A model generated the notes under the pieces. It did no database searches. It saw only the letters and a list, made by a program, of their open reading frames with translations, and was not told where the DNA came from. The position numbers and the translations under genes were made by a program. DNA of 64,000 nucleotides, taken from the NCBI RefSeq assembly GCF_044324785.1, contig NZ_CP172127.1. One strand, 5' to 3'. The first letter of the stretch is position 1, and the number at the start of each line of letters is the position of its first letter. Of the stretch, positions 31,395 to 42,071 are shown piece by piece. Source of the DNA: Escherichia coli. GTDB taxonomy: Bacteria; Pseudomonadota; Gammaproteobacteria; Enterobacterales; Enterobacteriaceae.

Positions 31395-32327
31395 ATGAAC
31401 TCAATTTTTACCGAAGAGAATCTGTTGGCATTTACTACCGCTGCGCGTTTTGGCAGTTTCAGTAAAGCCGCAGAAGAGTTGGGTTTAACCACTTCCGCCA
31501 TTAGCTACACCATCAAGCGAATGGAAACAGGGCTGGATGTGGTGCTGTTCACTCGCAGTACCCGAAGCATTGAGTTAACGGAGTCCGGGCGTTATTTTTT
31601 CCGCAAAGCTACCGACCTGCTGAATGATTTTCACGCCATCAAACGCAGCATCGATACTATTTCGCAGGGTATAGAAGCACGGGTGCGCATTTGTATTAAC
31701 CAACTGCTTTATACGCCCAAACACACCGCACGCTTATTACAGGTACTGAAAAAGCAGTTTCCAACCTGCCAGATTACCGTGACGACCGAAGTGTATAACG
31801 GCGTCTGGGATGCGATTATTAATAATCAGGCGAATATTGCTATCGGCGCGCCCGACACACTGCTGGACGGCGGCGGCATTGATTACACGGAGATTGGCGC
31901 AATTCGCTGGGCTTTTGCTATCGCCCCGGATCACCCATTAGCCTTTGTGCCGGAGCCGATCGCCGAAAGCCAACTGCGTCTCTATCCTAATATCATGGTG
32001 GAGGACACCGCGCATACGATTAATAAAAAAGTGGGCTGGTTGCTGCATGGGCAGGAGTCGATTCTGGTGCCAGATTTCAACACCAAATGTCAGTGCCAGA
32101 TTTTAGGTGAAGGAATTGGTTTTTTGCCGGATTACATGGTCCGTGAGGCGATGGCGCAATCCCTGCTGGTTACCCGACAAATCCATAATCCGCGCCAGGA
32201 TTCACGCATGTTACTCGCAACTCAGCATTCTGCTACGGGTCAGGTGACGCAGTGGATTAAAAAACAATTTTCGCCAAATGGCATATTAACGGGGATCTAT
32301 CAGGATTTACTGCATCGGGAGAATTAA
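31395..32327 (+). CDS. yahB: LysR-family transcriptional regulator
   Basis: 310-aa ORF with N-terminal HTH (FSKAAEELGLTTSAISYTIKRME). Confidence 0.85.
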   Translation: MNSIFTEENLLAFTTAARFGSFSKAAEELGLTTSAISYTIKRMETGLDVVLFTRSTRSIELTESGRYFFRKATDLLNDFHAIKRSIDTISQGIEARVRICINQLLYTPKHTARLLQVLKKQFPTCQITVTTEVYNGVWDAIINNQANIAIGAPDTLLDGGGIDYTEIGAIRWAFAIAPDHPLAFVPEPIAESQLRLYPNIMVEDTAHTINKKVGWLLHGQESILVPDFNTKCQCQILGEGIGFLPDYMVREAMAQSLLVTRQIHNPRQDSRMLLATQHSATGQVTQWIKKQFSPNGILTGIYQDLLHREN

Positions 32328-32368
32328 TCGCTGCCAACCTCCCGATGCGCTGTGAATAGCGGTTTACA

Positions 32369-33457
32369 TCAACCACCAGCTTTCATTACCCATTCAGAAA
32401 CAAATTTATTACCTGGTACTGGCGGAGAGTACAAATAGCCCTGCAAAAAGTGAACGCCTTTACCGATCATTAAATCCGCCTGCTCCTGGGTTTCTACCCC
32501 TTCCGCCACGATACTCAGACCAGGCTTACGCGCCAGTTCGACAATATTGTCCACAATATGACCGGATATTTCGTCCACGCTCGCCATTTGCACAAACGAC
32601 TTATCGATCTTAATAAAATCGACCGGAAACGCCTGCAAATAACGATAGGTCGCATAACCCGTACCAAAATCATCCAGCGCAAAGGTAATGTTGTGCTGAT
32701 GAAGGCTGTCAAATATCGCTCTGGCTTCTGGCGTTACCGGAATAGGGTTACGTTCCGTTAGCTCGAGAACCAGTTTGATTTTATCGTTTCCTAATTTCTT
32801 GACCAGGTTCAGGCATTCTTTTTCAAATCCCGCGGCCAAAAAACAACCCGCCGAGACGTTGATGCCAATATGGAAATTATCCGGCAGCAAATGTTTTACC
32901 GGCATCAGAATATCCGCAGTCTGTTTCATCAACTGGCGAGTCATTATGACGATAAGACCAGATGACTCCGCCAGAGGAATAAACTGATCCGGTGGGATAA
33001 TTCCCGTTTGTGGATGTTCCCAGCGGACAAGCACCTCACAGCCCGTCAGTACCCCAGTCTGCGCGCAGAAAACCGGTTGGATCCACGGTTTAAATTCATG
33101 GTTTTCCAACGCCAGACTGATGGCTTCAGGCGTGACGATATGGTGATAGTGATTATCATTAATATATTTGTGACTATTATTACCCGTGGCGGATATGATC
33201 TCCGGATTGTACTGAAAGAAAATATCCCGCCAGAAAGTAATATCGCTCTGAATCCCCAGTTTCTCAAAGAGCTGTTTCTTTTGATGTGAAATGGTCTTTG
33301 CACTGCGATTTCTGTACTGTGATATTTCTGTTACAGACATTCCCTGCATCAGCAGCTTGAGTAGCAGTCGTTCTTTCTCGGATACGCTACCAGGCAATGA
33401 CAAATGAACCGTTGTACCGAACTCTTGCAGAAAAACACGAAAATCACATGAATTCAT
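32369..33457 (-). CDS. pdeL: c-di-GMP phosphodiesterase with LuxR-type HTH and EAL domain
   Basis: ORF 32369..33463 trimmed to ATG 33457 (MNSCDFRVFLQEF...); EAL motif region ELTE present; matches YahA/PdeL. Confidence 0.9.
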   Translation of the reverse strand: MNSCDFRVFLQEFGTTVHLSLPGSVSEKERLLLKLLMQGMSVTEISQYRNRSAKTISHQKKQLFEKLGIQSDITFWRDIFFQYNPEIISATGNNSHKYINDNHYHHIVTPEAISLALENHEFKPWIQPVFCAQTGVLTGCEVLVRWEHPQTGIIPPDQFIPLAESSGLIVIMTRQLMKQTADILMPVKHLLPDNFHIGINVSAGCFLAAGFEKECLNLVKKLGNDKIKLVLELTERNPIPVTPEARAIFDSLHQHNITFALDDFGTGYATYRYLQAFPVDFIKIDKSFVQMASVDEISGHIVDNIVELARKPGLSIVAEGVETQEQADLMIGKGVHFLQGYLYSPPVPGNKFVSEWVMKAGG

Positions 33458-34333
33458 GAACACACCTTTATCTTTTATCGCTGTTCAGTATGAGTGATTA
33501 CCTGTGGATTCCTGAGCACACATAAGGGGTAACCATAAACATCAGCGATGCCATACGCATAACATCCCACATCACTATCAAAAAGATTATCTTTACCTCT
33601 GATGCTCGCTCAAAAACAGTTACGCTAAATACCTTAAAAAGGTAATCACAAGTCAAACTCAGGAGATAATCACGCAAGAATGCAATATTAAAATTCAGAT
33701 ACTCATTTTTGGTAATAAAGAAGTAGTTGGACTATTTCAATATTTATAATTTCCCACTACGTATTGACGCCCATTCATGAGTAAAGGCGCATTATATGAA
33801 TTTAACAATCCAGATCAACTGAAAATACCTCAACCTCATAAACACATAGCGTCAACATTCAATGACATAATGAGTAAAGATGTTGGTTATGCATACACGT
33901 CATTACTCTATGCCTATCCCTTAACAACCTGCTTTTTAAGGCTGAATCCATTCAGCAATAGATAGCCAACATTATAACAATGACAATAAAAACAATATTT
34001 AAAACAATCAATAAAATATCAGACACAGACAATTAAACCTTAAACAACAAACAGTTACATTGATTTTAGTTGATTTGCGCTACGCGTTTCCCATGAATAA
34101 AGCGTCATTTCAAATTAGCACCAATATTTACATTAAATAAGACTAAGCTTATTGAACATTCACAACAGTCCAAGCGTAGGTTTTGGGCTTCAATAGTTCT
34201 TTTCTTTTTTATTATCTGTTGCCTGGCAATCATCAATCGATACTAAGGGCTTAACTGTACACAGATATAACGTATCAAGAGGTAAGAGAAACCGCGCCAT
34301 ATGCAGACATGGCGCGGTTTTATGCAATAACAA

Positions 34334-36367
34334 TCACGCGTCCGGGAACATCACGCTATGGCCCGGCGCTTCACGATGGAGATGGATAAAGTTAAGGTGC
34401 CGCTCGTACTGGTCGAGAATATCGGTGATCACCTGCTCTTTGCTGTAGTCCATCAGGTCGTTGCCCTGGCTGCCTTCTAACAGGAAAGTTTCCAGCCGGT
34501 AGTAGGTCGATTTACCGCTACGTGCGCGGTAGGTAAAGCCCGGCACCGAATATTGCTGCGGCCAAATCTGATAGACAAAGTTTTGCTCTTCGCCCATATG
34601 CACCAACAAATCCAGATGCCCCAACTGTTGTCCCTCTTCCGGCGGCAGGCTTTTTAGCTCCACGTACGCGCCGCGCAACCGCAGCTCCTGCGCCACTTCT
34701 TCCATTGCCGGGTAACAGACCGTCTCCATCATCTGTTTAGTGTAACGCGTGCCCGGATAATTCATCAGGCGCGAGAGACGTTTTTTCCAGCTCAGGCGAT
34801 CCTGAAGCCCCAGCGGTCGCGGCGCGGTATCACGGTTGGCACTTTCACGGCGGTAATCTTCTACCTTCAGAGATTTATACAACCCCGCCATCACGAAGAA
34901 AATCACAAAGCTGAACGGCAGCCCCATGATTACCGTGGTGTTTTGCAGCGCGGATATCCCGTTGGTCATCAGCATGCCAAGCGTCAGCAGACCAATCGCC
35001 ACCGACCAGAAGACGCGCAGCCAGCCGGGGGCGTCGCTGTTGATATCTTTAAGCTGCGAGGTGAAATTCCCCAGCACCAGCGCGCCGGAGTCCGCCGAGG
35101 TCACATAAAACAGCAGGCCAGTAATGGTGGCGACGGAGGCGCTAAAGGTAAACGCCGGATACTGCGCCAGCAGGCTGTAGAAGCCGCGCTCCGGATGGAC
35201 CATCGCTTCCTCGGCAAATGCCGCGCCGCCGTGGATGATTTCATACAGCGCGCTATTGCCGAACACCGAGAGCCATAACAGCGTGAAGGTAAACGGAATA
35301 ATCAACGTGCCCAGCACGAACTGGCGAATGGTACGCCCACGCGAGATACGCGCCAGGAACAGGCCGACAAACGGCGACCATGCCACCCACCATGCCCAGA
35401 AGAAGAGCGTCCAGTTATTCATCCACTCAACCGGACGGTCGAAGGCAAAACTGTTGAGCGTCATTCCCATAAAGCGATTCACATAGTCGCCAACGTTCAG
35501 CACCAGCGCATTAAGCAGGAACGAGGTGTCGCCCATAAACAGCACGAACAGGATCAGCCCCAGCGCCAGCGCAACGTTGAGTTCCGATAACACACGAATG
35601 CCCTTATCGACACCGGAGGTGACAGAGATCGTTGCGATGATCACCGACAAGGCGATCAGTGCCGCTTTTGCCGCCATCGAATCAGGAATATCAAACAGTA
35701 CGCTCAAGCCATAGTTAAGCTGCACCACACCGATACCGAGCGTAGTGGCAATACCGAAGATGGTGCCGATCACTGCTGCAATATCCACTGAGTGACCTAT
35801 CGGCCCGTTAATCCGTTTACCGAAGATCGGGTACAGCGCTGAGCGGATGGTGAGCGGCAAATTATAACGATAGCTAAAGTATCCGAGCGCCATGCCCATC
35901 AGCGCATACATCGACCAGCCGGTTAAGCCGTAGTGAAACAGCGTCCAGACCATCGCCTGACGCGCGGCCTCAATCGTCTGACCCGCGCCTTCCGGCGGCT
36001 GCATATACTGCGTTACCGGTTCGGCTACGGAGAAGAACATCAGGTCGATACCGATCCCGGCAGCAAACAGCATCGCCGCCCAACTCAGCAGACTGAACTC
36101 CGGTTTGGATTGTTCTGGCCCGAGCTTCACCGAACCAAAACGCGAACAAGCGATACAGACCACAAAGACAATATAGAGCGTTGCCGCCAGCAGATAGTAC
36201 CAACCGAAGGTTTTAGAGACCCAGTCCAGCGTGCGTCCAATCCACAGGGCCGAGAAGTCGCGAAACAGGATCGTTGTCAGGGAAAACAACAAAATCAGTC
36301 CGGCGGAAGTGTAAAACACCACCGGATTGATTTTGTCCTTTTCCCTGCTGTGTGAAAGGTCTGTCAT
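34334..36367 (-). CDS. betT: choline transporter (BCCT family)
   Basis: 677-aa polytopic ORF matching BetT. Confidence 0.95.
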   Translation of the reverse strand: MTDLSHSREKDKINPVVFYTSAGLILLFSLTTILFRDFSALWIGRTLDWVSKTFGWYYLLAATLYIVFVVCIACSRFGSVKLGPEQSKPEFSLLSWAAMLFAAGIGIDLMFFSVAEPVTQYMQPPEGAGQTIEAARQAMVWTLFHYGLTGWSMYALMGMALGYFSYRYNLPLTIRSALYPIFGKRINGPIGHSVDIAAVIGTIFGIATTLGIGVVQLNYGLSVLFDIPDSMAAKAALIALSVIIATISVTSGVDKGIRVLSELNVALALGLILFVLFMGDTSFLLNALVLNVGDYVNRFMGMTLNSFAFDRPVEWMNNWTLFFWAWWVAWSPFVGLFLARISRGRTIRQFVLGTLIIPFTFTLLWLSVFGNSALYEIIHGGAAFAEEAMVHPERGFYSLLAQYPAFTFSASVATITGLLFYVTSADSGALVLGNFTSQLKDINSDAPGWLRVFWSVAIGLLTLGMLMTNGISALQNTTVIMGLPFSFVIFFVMAGLYKSLKVEDYRRESANRDTAPRPLGLQDRLSWKKRLSRLMNYPGTRYTKQMMETVCYPAMEEVAQELRLRGAYVELKSLPPEEGQQLGHLDLLVHMGEEQNFVYQIWPQQYSVPGFTYRARSGKSTYYRLETFLLEGSQGNDLMDYSKEQVITDILDQYERHLNFIHLHREAPGHSVMFPDA

Positions 36368-36430
36368 CCAGTATCCCCACTGTTATTGTTACCATTTAAA
36401 ATCAAATTCGTAACAATTAAGACACATTTT

Positions 36431-36450
36431 ATATTGAACGTCCAATCAAT
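36431..36450. promoter_or_regulatory. dyad TATTGA-N8-TCAATA in betT/betI divergent region; candidate BetI operator
   Basis: Inverted repeat read in sequence between divergent betT and betIBA; TetR-family repressors bind short palindromes. Confidence 0.35.
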
Positions 36451-36495
36451 AACCGCTTTAATAGATAAACAACGCTGATGAATGGAGTGGCGAAA

Positions 36496-37083
36496 ATGCC
36501 CAAATTGGGGATGCAGTCGATCCGGCGCAGACAACTGATCGACGCCACGCTGGAAGCAATAAATGAAGTGGGCATGCACGATGCAACGATCGCGCAGATC
36601 GCCCGCCGTGCAGGCGTTTCTACGGGGATCATCAGCCACTATTTCAGGGACAAAAATGGTCTGCTGGAAGCAACCATGCGCGATATCACCAGTCAGCTGC
36701 GTGACGCGGTTTTGAATCGATTACATGCACTTCCGCAGGGCAGTGCAGAGCAGCGATTACAGGCGATTGTTGACGGGAATTTCGATGAATCGCAGGTCAG
36801 TAATGCTGCGATGAAAGCCTGGTTGGCGTTTTGGGCCAGCAGTATGCATCAGCCGATGCTTTACCGTTTGCAGCAGGTGAGCAGCCGCCGCTTGTTGTCG
36901 AATCTGGTGAGCGAATTTCACCGCGAGTTACCGCGCCAACAGGCACAGGAAGCGGGCTACGGCCTTGCCGCGCTGATTGACGGATTATGGCTGCGCGCGG
37001 CACTGAGCGGCAAACCGCTGGATAAACCTCTCGCACACTCGCTGACCCGTCACTTTATTACTCAGCATTTACCCACCGATTAA
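36496..37083 (+). CDS. betI: TetR-family choline-responsive repressor
   Basis: ORF 36478..37083 trimmed to ATG 36496 ([24 protein letters not shown]..., 195 aa). Confidence 0.95.
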   Translation: MPKLGMQSIRRRQLIDATLEAINEVGMHDATIAQIARRAGVSTGIISHYFRDKNGLLEATMRDITSQLRDAVLNRLHALPQGSAEQRLQAIVDGNFDESQVSNAAMKAWLAFWASSMHQPMLYRLQQVSSRRLLSNLVSEFHRELPRQQAQEAGYGLAALIDGLWLRAALSGKPLDKPLAHSLTRHFITQHLPTD

Positions 37084-37096
37084 CCGAGGAGACGTG

Positions 37097-38569
37097 ATGT
37101 CCCGAATGGCAGAACAGCAGCTTTATATACATGGTGGTTATACCTCCGCCACCAGCGGTCGCACCTTCGAGACCATTAACCCGGCCAACGGTAACGTGCT
37201 GGCGACCGTGCAGGCCGCCGGGCGTGAGGATGTCGATCGCGCCGTGAAGAGTGCCCAACAGGGGCAAAAAATCTGGGCGGCGATGACCGCTATGGAACGC
37301 TCGCGTATTCTGCGTCGGGCCGTTGATATTCTGCGTGAACGCAATGACGAACTCGCAAAACTGGAAACCCTCGACACCGGAAAAGCGTATTCGGAAACCT
37401 CAACCGTCGATATCGTTACCGGCGCGGACGTGCTCGAGTACTACGCCGGGCTGATCCCGTCGCTGGAAGGCAGCCAGATCCCATTGCGTGAGACGTCATT
37501 TGTCTATACCCGCCGCGAACCGCTGGGCGTAGTGGCAGGGATTGGCGCATGGAACTACCCGATCCAGATTGCCCTGTGGAAATCCGCCCCGGCGCTGGCG
37601 GCAGGCAATGCAATGATTTTCAAACCGAGTGAAGTCACCCCGCTTACCGCGTTAAAGCTGGCCGAAATTTACAGCGAAGCGGGCCTGCCGGACGGTGTAT
37701 TTAACGTGCTGCCGGGCGTAGGTGCGGAAACCGGGCAGTATCTGACCGAGCATCCGGGCATTGCCAAAGTGTCATTTACCGGCGGTGTCGCCAGCGGCAA
37801 AAAAGTGATGGCTAACTCGGCGGCCTCTTCCCTGAAAGAAGTGACCATGGAGCTGGGCGGTAAATCACCGCTGATCGTTTTCGACGATACAGACCTCGAT
37901 CTCGCCGCTGATATCGCCATGATGGCGAACTTCTTCAGCTCCGGTCAGGTGTGTACCAACGGCACCCGCGTCTTCGTTCCGGCGAAATGCAAAGCCGCAT
38001 TTGAACAAAAGATTCTGGCTCGCGTTGAGCGCATTCGCGCGGGCGACGTTTTCGATCCGCAAACTAACTTTGGCCCGCTGGTCAGCTTCCCGCATCGCGA
38101 TAACGTGCTGCGTTACATCGCCAAAGGCAAAGAGGAAGGCGCGCGCGTACTGTGCGGCGGCGATGTACTGAAAGGCGATGGCTTCGATAACGGCGCATGG
38201 GTTGCACCGACCGTGTTCACCGATTGCCGCGACGAAATGACCATCGTGCGCGAAGAGATCTTCGGTCCGGTGATGTCGCTTCTCACTTATGAATCTGAGG
38301 ACGAAGTGATTCGCCGCGCCAATGATACCGACTACGGCCTGGCGGCGGGCATCGTGACGGCGGACCTGAACCGCGCGCATCGCGTCATTCATCAGCTGGA
38401 AGCGGGTATTTGCTGGATCAACACCTGGGGCGAATCCCCTGCTGAGATGCCCGTTGGCGGCTACAAACACTCCGGCATTGGTCGCGAGAACGGCGTGATG
38501 ACGCTCCAGAGTTACACCCAGGTGAAGTCCATCCAGGTTGAGATGGCTAAATTCCAGTCCATATTCTAA
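37097..38569 (+). CDS. betB: betaine aldehyde dehydrogenase
   Basis: ATG 37097 preceded by GAGGA; [15 protein letters not shown]..., 490 aa; aldehyde dehydrogenase catalytic Cys region [11 protein letters not shown] present. Confidence 0.95.
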   Translation: MSRMAEQQLYIHGGYTSATSGRTFETINPANGNVLATVQAAGREDVDRAVKSAQQGQKIWAAMTAMERSRILRRAVDILRERNDELAKLETLDTGKAYSETSTVDIVTGADVLEYYAGLIPSLEGSQIPLRETSFVYTRREPLGVVAGIGAWNYPIQIALWKSAPALAAGNAMIFKPSEVTPLTALKLAEIYSEAGLPDGVFNVLPGVGAETGQYLTEHPGIAKVSFTGGVASGKKVMANSAASSLKEVTMELGGKSPLIVFDDTDLDLAADIAMMANFFSSGQVCTNGTRVFVPAKCKAAFEQKILARVERIRAGDVFDPQTNFGPLVSFPHRDNVLRYIAKGKEEGARVLCGGDVLKGDGFDNGAWVAPTVFTDCRDEMTIVREEIFGPVMSLLTYESEDEVIRRANDTDYGLAAGIVTADLNRAHRVIHQLEAGICWINTWGESPAEMPVGGYKHSGIGRENGVMTLQSYTQVKSIQVEMAKFQSIF

Positions 38570-38582
38570 CCAGGAGGTTTAT

Positions 38583-40271
38583 TTGCAATTTGACTACATC
38601 ATTATTGGTGCCGGCTCAGCTGGCAACGTTCTCGCTACCCGTCTGACTGAAGATCCGAACACAACCGTGCTGCTGCTTGAAGCAGGCGGCCCGGACTATC
38701 GCTTTGACTTCCGCACCCAGATGCCCGCCGCGCTGGCATTCCCGCTGCAGGGTAAACGCTACAACTGGGCCTATGAAACGGAGCCCGAACCGTTTATGAA
38801 TAACCGCCGCATGGAGTGCGGACGCGGTAAAGGTCTGGGCGGATCGTCACTGATCAACGGCATGTGCTACATCCGTGGCAATGCGCTGGATCTCGATAAC
38901 TGGGCGCAAGAACCCGGTCTGGAGAACTGGAGCTACCTCGACTGCCTGCCCTACTACCGCAAGGCCGAGACTCGCGATGTGGGCGAGAACGACTACCACG
39001 GCGGTGATGGCCCGGTGAGCGTCACCACCTCCAAACCCGGCGTCAATCCGCTGTTTGAAGCGATGATTGAAGCGGGCGTGCAGGCGGGCTACCCGCGCAC
39101 GGAGGATCTCAACGGTTATCAGCAGGAAGGTTTTGGCCCGATGGATCGCACCGTCACGCCGCATGGCCGTCGCGCCAGCACCGCGCGTGGCTATCTCGAT
39201 CAGGCCAAATCGCGCCCTAACCTGACCATTCGTACTCACGCCATGACCGATCACATCATTTTTGACGGCAAACGCGCGGTGGGCGTCGAGTGGCTGGAAG
39301 GCGACAGCACCATTCCGACCCGCGCGGCGGCGAATAAAGAAGTGCTGTTATGTGCAGGCGCGATTGCTTCACCGCAGATCCTGCAACGCTCCGGCGTCGG
39401 CAACGCTGAACTGCTGGCGGAGTTTGATATTCCGCTGGTGCATGAATTACCTGGCGTCGGCGAAAATCTTCAGGATCACCTGGAGATGTATCTGCAATAT
39501 GAGTGCAAAGAACCGGTTTCCCTCTACCCTGCCCTGCAGTGGTGGAATCAGCCGAAAATCGGTGCGGAGTGGCTGTTTGGCGGCACCGGCGTTGGTGCCA
39601 GCAACCACTTTGAAGCTGGCGGATTTATTCGCAGCCGTGAGGAATTTACGTGGCCGAATATTCAGTACCATTTCCTGCCAGTGGCGATTAACTATAACGG
39701 CTCGAACGCAGTGAAAGAGCACGGCTTCCAGTGCCACGTCGGATCGATGCGCTCGCCAAGCCGTGGGCATGTGCGGATTAAATCCCGCGACCCGCACCAG
39801 CATCCGGGAATTCTGTTTAACTACATGTCGCACGAGCAGGACTGGCAGGAGTTCCGCGACGCAATTCGCATCACCCGCGAGATCATGCATCAACCGGCGC
39901 TGGATCAGTATCGTGGCCGCGAAATCAGCCCCGGTGTCGAATGCCAGACGGATGAGCAGCTCGATGAGTTCGTGCGTAACCACGCCGAAACCGCGTTTCA
40001 TCCGTGCGGTACCTGCAAAATGGGTTATGACGAGATGGCTGTGGTTGACGGCGAAGGCCGCGTACACGGGCTGGAAGGCCTGCGCGTGGTGGATGCGTCA
40101 ATTATGCCGCAAATTATCACCGGCAATTTGAACGCCACGACGATTATGATTGGCGAGAAAATAGCGGATATGATTCGTGGGAAGGAAGCGTTGCCGAGGA
40201 GCACGGCAAGATATTTTGTGGCAAATGGGATGCCAGTAAGAGCGAAAAAAATGAGTCGTGATTTGAACTAA
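38583..40271 (+). CDS. betA: choline dehydrogenase (GMC oxidoreductase)
   Basis: TTG start at 38583 ([14 protein letters not shown]...) 4 nt after AGGAGG; FAD-binding GxGxxG; 562 codons to stop; overlaps betB end. Confidence 0.92.
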   Translation: MQFDYIIIGAGSAGNVLATRLTEDPNTTVLLLEAGGPDYRFDFRTQMPAALAFPLQGKRYNWAYETEPEPFMNNRRMECGRGKGLGGSSLINGMCYIRGNALDLDNWAQEPGLENWSYLDCLPYYRKAETRDVGENDYHGGDGPVSVTTSKPGVNPLFEAMIEAGVQAGYPRTEDLNGYQQEGFGPMDRTVTPHGRRASTARGYLDQAKSRPNLTIRTHAMTDHIIFDGKRAVGVEWLEGDSTIPTRAAANKEVLLCAGAIASPQILQRSGVGNAELLAEFDIPLVHELPGVGENLQDHLEMYLQYECKEPVSLYPALQWWNQPKIGAEWLFGGTGVGASNHFEAGGFIRSREEFTWPNIQYHFLPVAINYNGSNAVKEHGFQCHVGSMRSPSRGHVRIKSRDPHQHPGILFNYMSHEQDWQEFRDAIRITREIMHQPALDQYRGREISPGVECQTDEQLDEFVRNHAETAFHPCGTCKMGYDEMAVVDGEGRVHGLEGLRVVDASIMPQIITGNLNATTIMIGEKIADMIRGKEALPRSTARYFVANGMPVRAKKMSRDLN

Positions 40272-40289
40272 CTCAGGAACCTATCAGAT

Positions 40290-40350
40290 TGAGAGTTACC
40301 GTTCTACTATGAGGACCGAATCCTTATATAAAACACTGAGGTAACTCTCA
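40290..40350. terminator. long hairpin (11-bp arms tgagagttacc / ggtaactctca, 39-nt spacer) downstream of betA
   Basis: Inverted repeat read in sequence, followed 30 bp later by ggTTTTTTg; possible betA terminator. Confidence 0.3.
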
Positions 40351-40464
40351 TGCTTCATATCCAGTATTCATGATGCTGGTTTTTTGCTGATATTTAACCC
40401 GAACACTCCTGATACAGACTATTAATTCATTTATCTGCGACAGATTTCATTTTCTGGATATATT

Positions 40465-41133
40465 ATGAGTGAACAAATCAAACAGGATATCGATCTGATT
40501 GAGATTTTATTTTATCTGAAGAAAAAGATTCGTGTTATCCTTTTTATTATAGCCATCTGTATGGCAATGGTGCTTTTATTTCTGTATATCAATAAAGATA
40601 ATATAAAAGTGAGTTACAGCCTAAAAATAAACCAGACAACACCAGGCATACTTGTTAACTGTGATAGCAATAATAACTTTGCCTGTCAGACCACAATGAC
40701 TGAAGATGTTATTCAGCGAATTACTACATTTTTTCACACCAGCCCAGATGTCAAGAACAGAGAAATAAAGCTGGAATGGTCAGGAGATAAGAGAGATTTA
40801 CCAACTGCTGAAGCGGAAATATCTCGCGTGCAGGCGTCTATTATCAAATGGTATGCGTCAGAATATCATAATGGCAGGCAAGTTCTCGATGAGATACAAA
40901 CACCTTCAGCAATTAACAGTGAGCTTTATACAAAAATGATATACCTGACCAGGAACTGGTCATTGTATCCGAACGGTGATGGCTGTGTAACTATAAGCTC
41001 ACCAGAAATAAAAAATAAATACCCTGCTGCCATTTGCCTGGCTCTGGGATTTTTTATAAGCATTGTAATTTCTGTAATGTTTTGCCTTGTCAAAAAAATG
41101 GTAGATGAATACCAACAAAACTCTGGGCAGTAA
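40465..41133 (+). CDS. ykgH: uncharacterized inner-membrane protein, AT-rich gene
   Basis: 222-aa ORF with N- and C-terminal hydrophobic segments at the position expected for YkgH. Confidence 0.8.
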   Translation: MSEQIKQDIDLIEILFYLKKKIRVILFIIAICMAMVLLFLYINKDNIKVSYSLKINQTTPGILVNCDSNNNFACQTTMTEDVIQRITTFFHTSPDVKNREIKLEWSGDKRDLPTAEAEISRVQASIIKWYASEYHNGRQVLDEIQTPSAINSELYTKMIYLTRNWSLYPNGDGCVTISSPEIKNKYPAAICLALGFFISIVISVMFCLVKKMVDEYQQNSGQ

Positions 41134-41375
41134 TAAACAGCATTCTGACAGAGAGTGCCTGTATAAAACTATAGTGACAATGACCGGGAAGGGAGCCCGT
41201 CTTCAGGAATGGATTCCTGTCTTTTTCACTGTAAATATCCTGGCATTATTAATGTCAGGATATTTACAGAAGAGCAGCATAACCATGACGGAACGGGGTT
41301 AAGTCAGGTTGTCCTTAACGCTATTCACAACCTCGTATGCCGCCTTCAGGTTTATGTCCAGACTTCATATCTCTC

Positions 41376-42071
41376 TCAGCAATCCTCAATAATCAGATAC
41401 ACCGCTTTCACCGGGCCATGAACCCCGACGACTTTGATAAGCTCAATATCCGCCGTTGAACTAGGGCCGCTAATGATGTTAATGCAGGACGGCATTCGTT
41501 CACCGGCCTGCGCTTTCTGATGCAATTTTTCTGCGAGTTGCGCTACACGCGGCAGGATAGTGCTTTTACGCAGGATAAAAAGAGAAGATTCCGGGAGCAG
41601 GCTCAATGAACGCCCGCGCCCGGCGGCGGAAAAAAGAACCACGCCTCCCGATTCGGTTAAACCATATTCAGCATACACTACGCCAACTTTAGCCTGCTCT
41701 GCCTGCGAGATATTCTCGGCACCTTTCGCCGGATCCCAAACAACGGCATTGCATTCCTGCTGCAAACGTTCGCTAATCCCCAATTCCTCCAGCCTCGTGT
41801 CACCGCTAATCACGATCGACTGATCTCCCAGCTCTTTACACAGACGTATTGCAGCTTCTGCGGCCTGCGCCTCGCTGGTCAGTTCACAGCGCGTCAACAT
41901 AACATCGCTGGCAAACTGGATAAACGCGTCACAGCGCTGCTGTTGGTTAAGTTCGGTAAGCCGCTCGTTAGCATAGTTGTTAAGCGGCGCATCTTCTGCT
42001 TGCGGTTCAAGTCGCAGCGGGCGACCCAGTGCCTGAGCAACGTTATTCAAAAATTCGCTCCGATTATCCAT
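41376..42071 (-). CDS. ykgG: LutC-like lactate-utilisation protein
   Basis: ORF 41376..42224 trimmed to ATG 42071 (MDNRSEFLNNVAQ..., 231 aa); 8-nt overlap with ykgF. Confidence 0.88.
   Translation of the reverse strand: MDNRSEFLNNVAQALGRPLRLEPQAEDAPLNNYANERLTELNQQQRCDAFIQFASDVMLTRCELTSEAQAAEAAIRLCKELGDQSIVISGDTRLEELGISERLQQECNAVVWDPAKGAENISQAEQAKVGVVYAEYGLTESGGVVLFSAAGRGRSLSLLPESSLFILRKSTILPRVAQLAEKLHQKAQAGERMPSCINIISGPSSTADIELIKVVGVHGPVKAVYLIIEDC

Noticed and set aside
33777-33965. 62-aa plus-strand ORF in the pdeL upstream region
   Set aside because: No Shine-Dalgarno sequence, low-complexity AT-rich codons, and it lies within a probable regulatory region.
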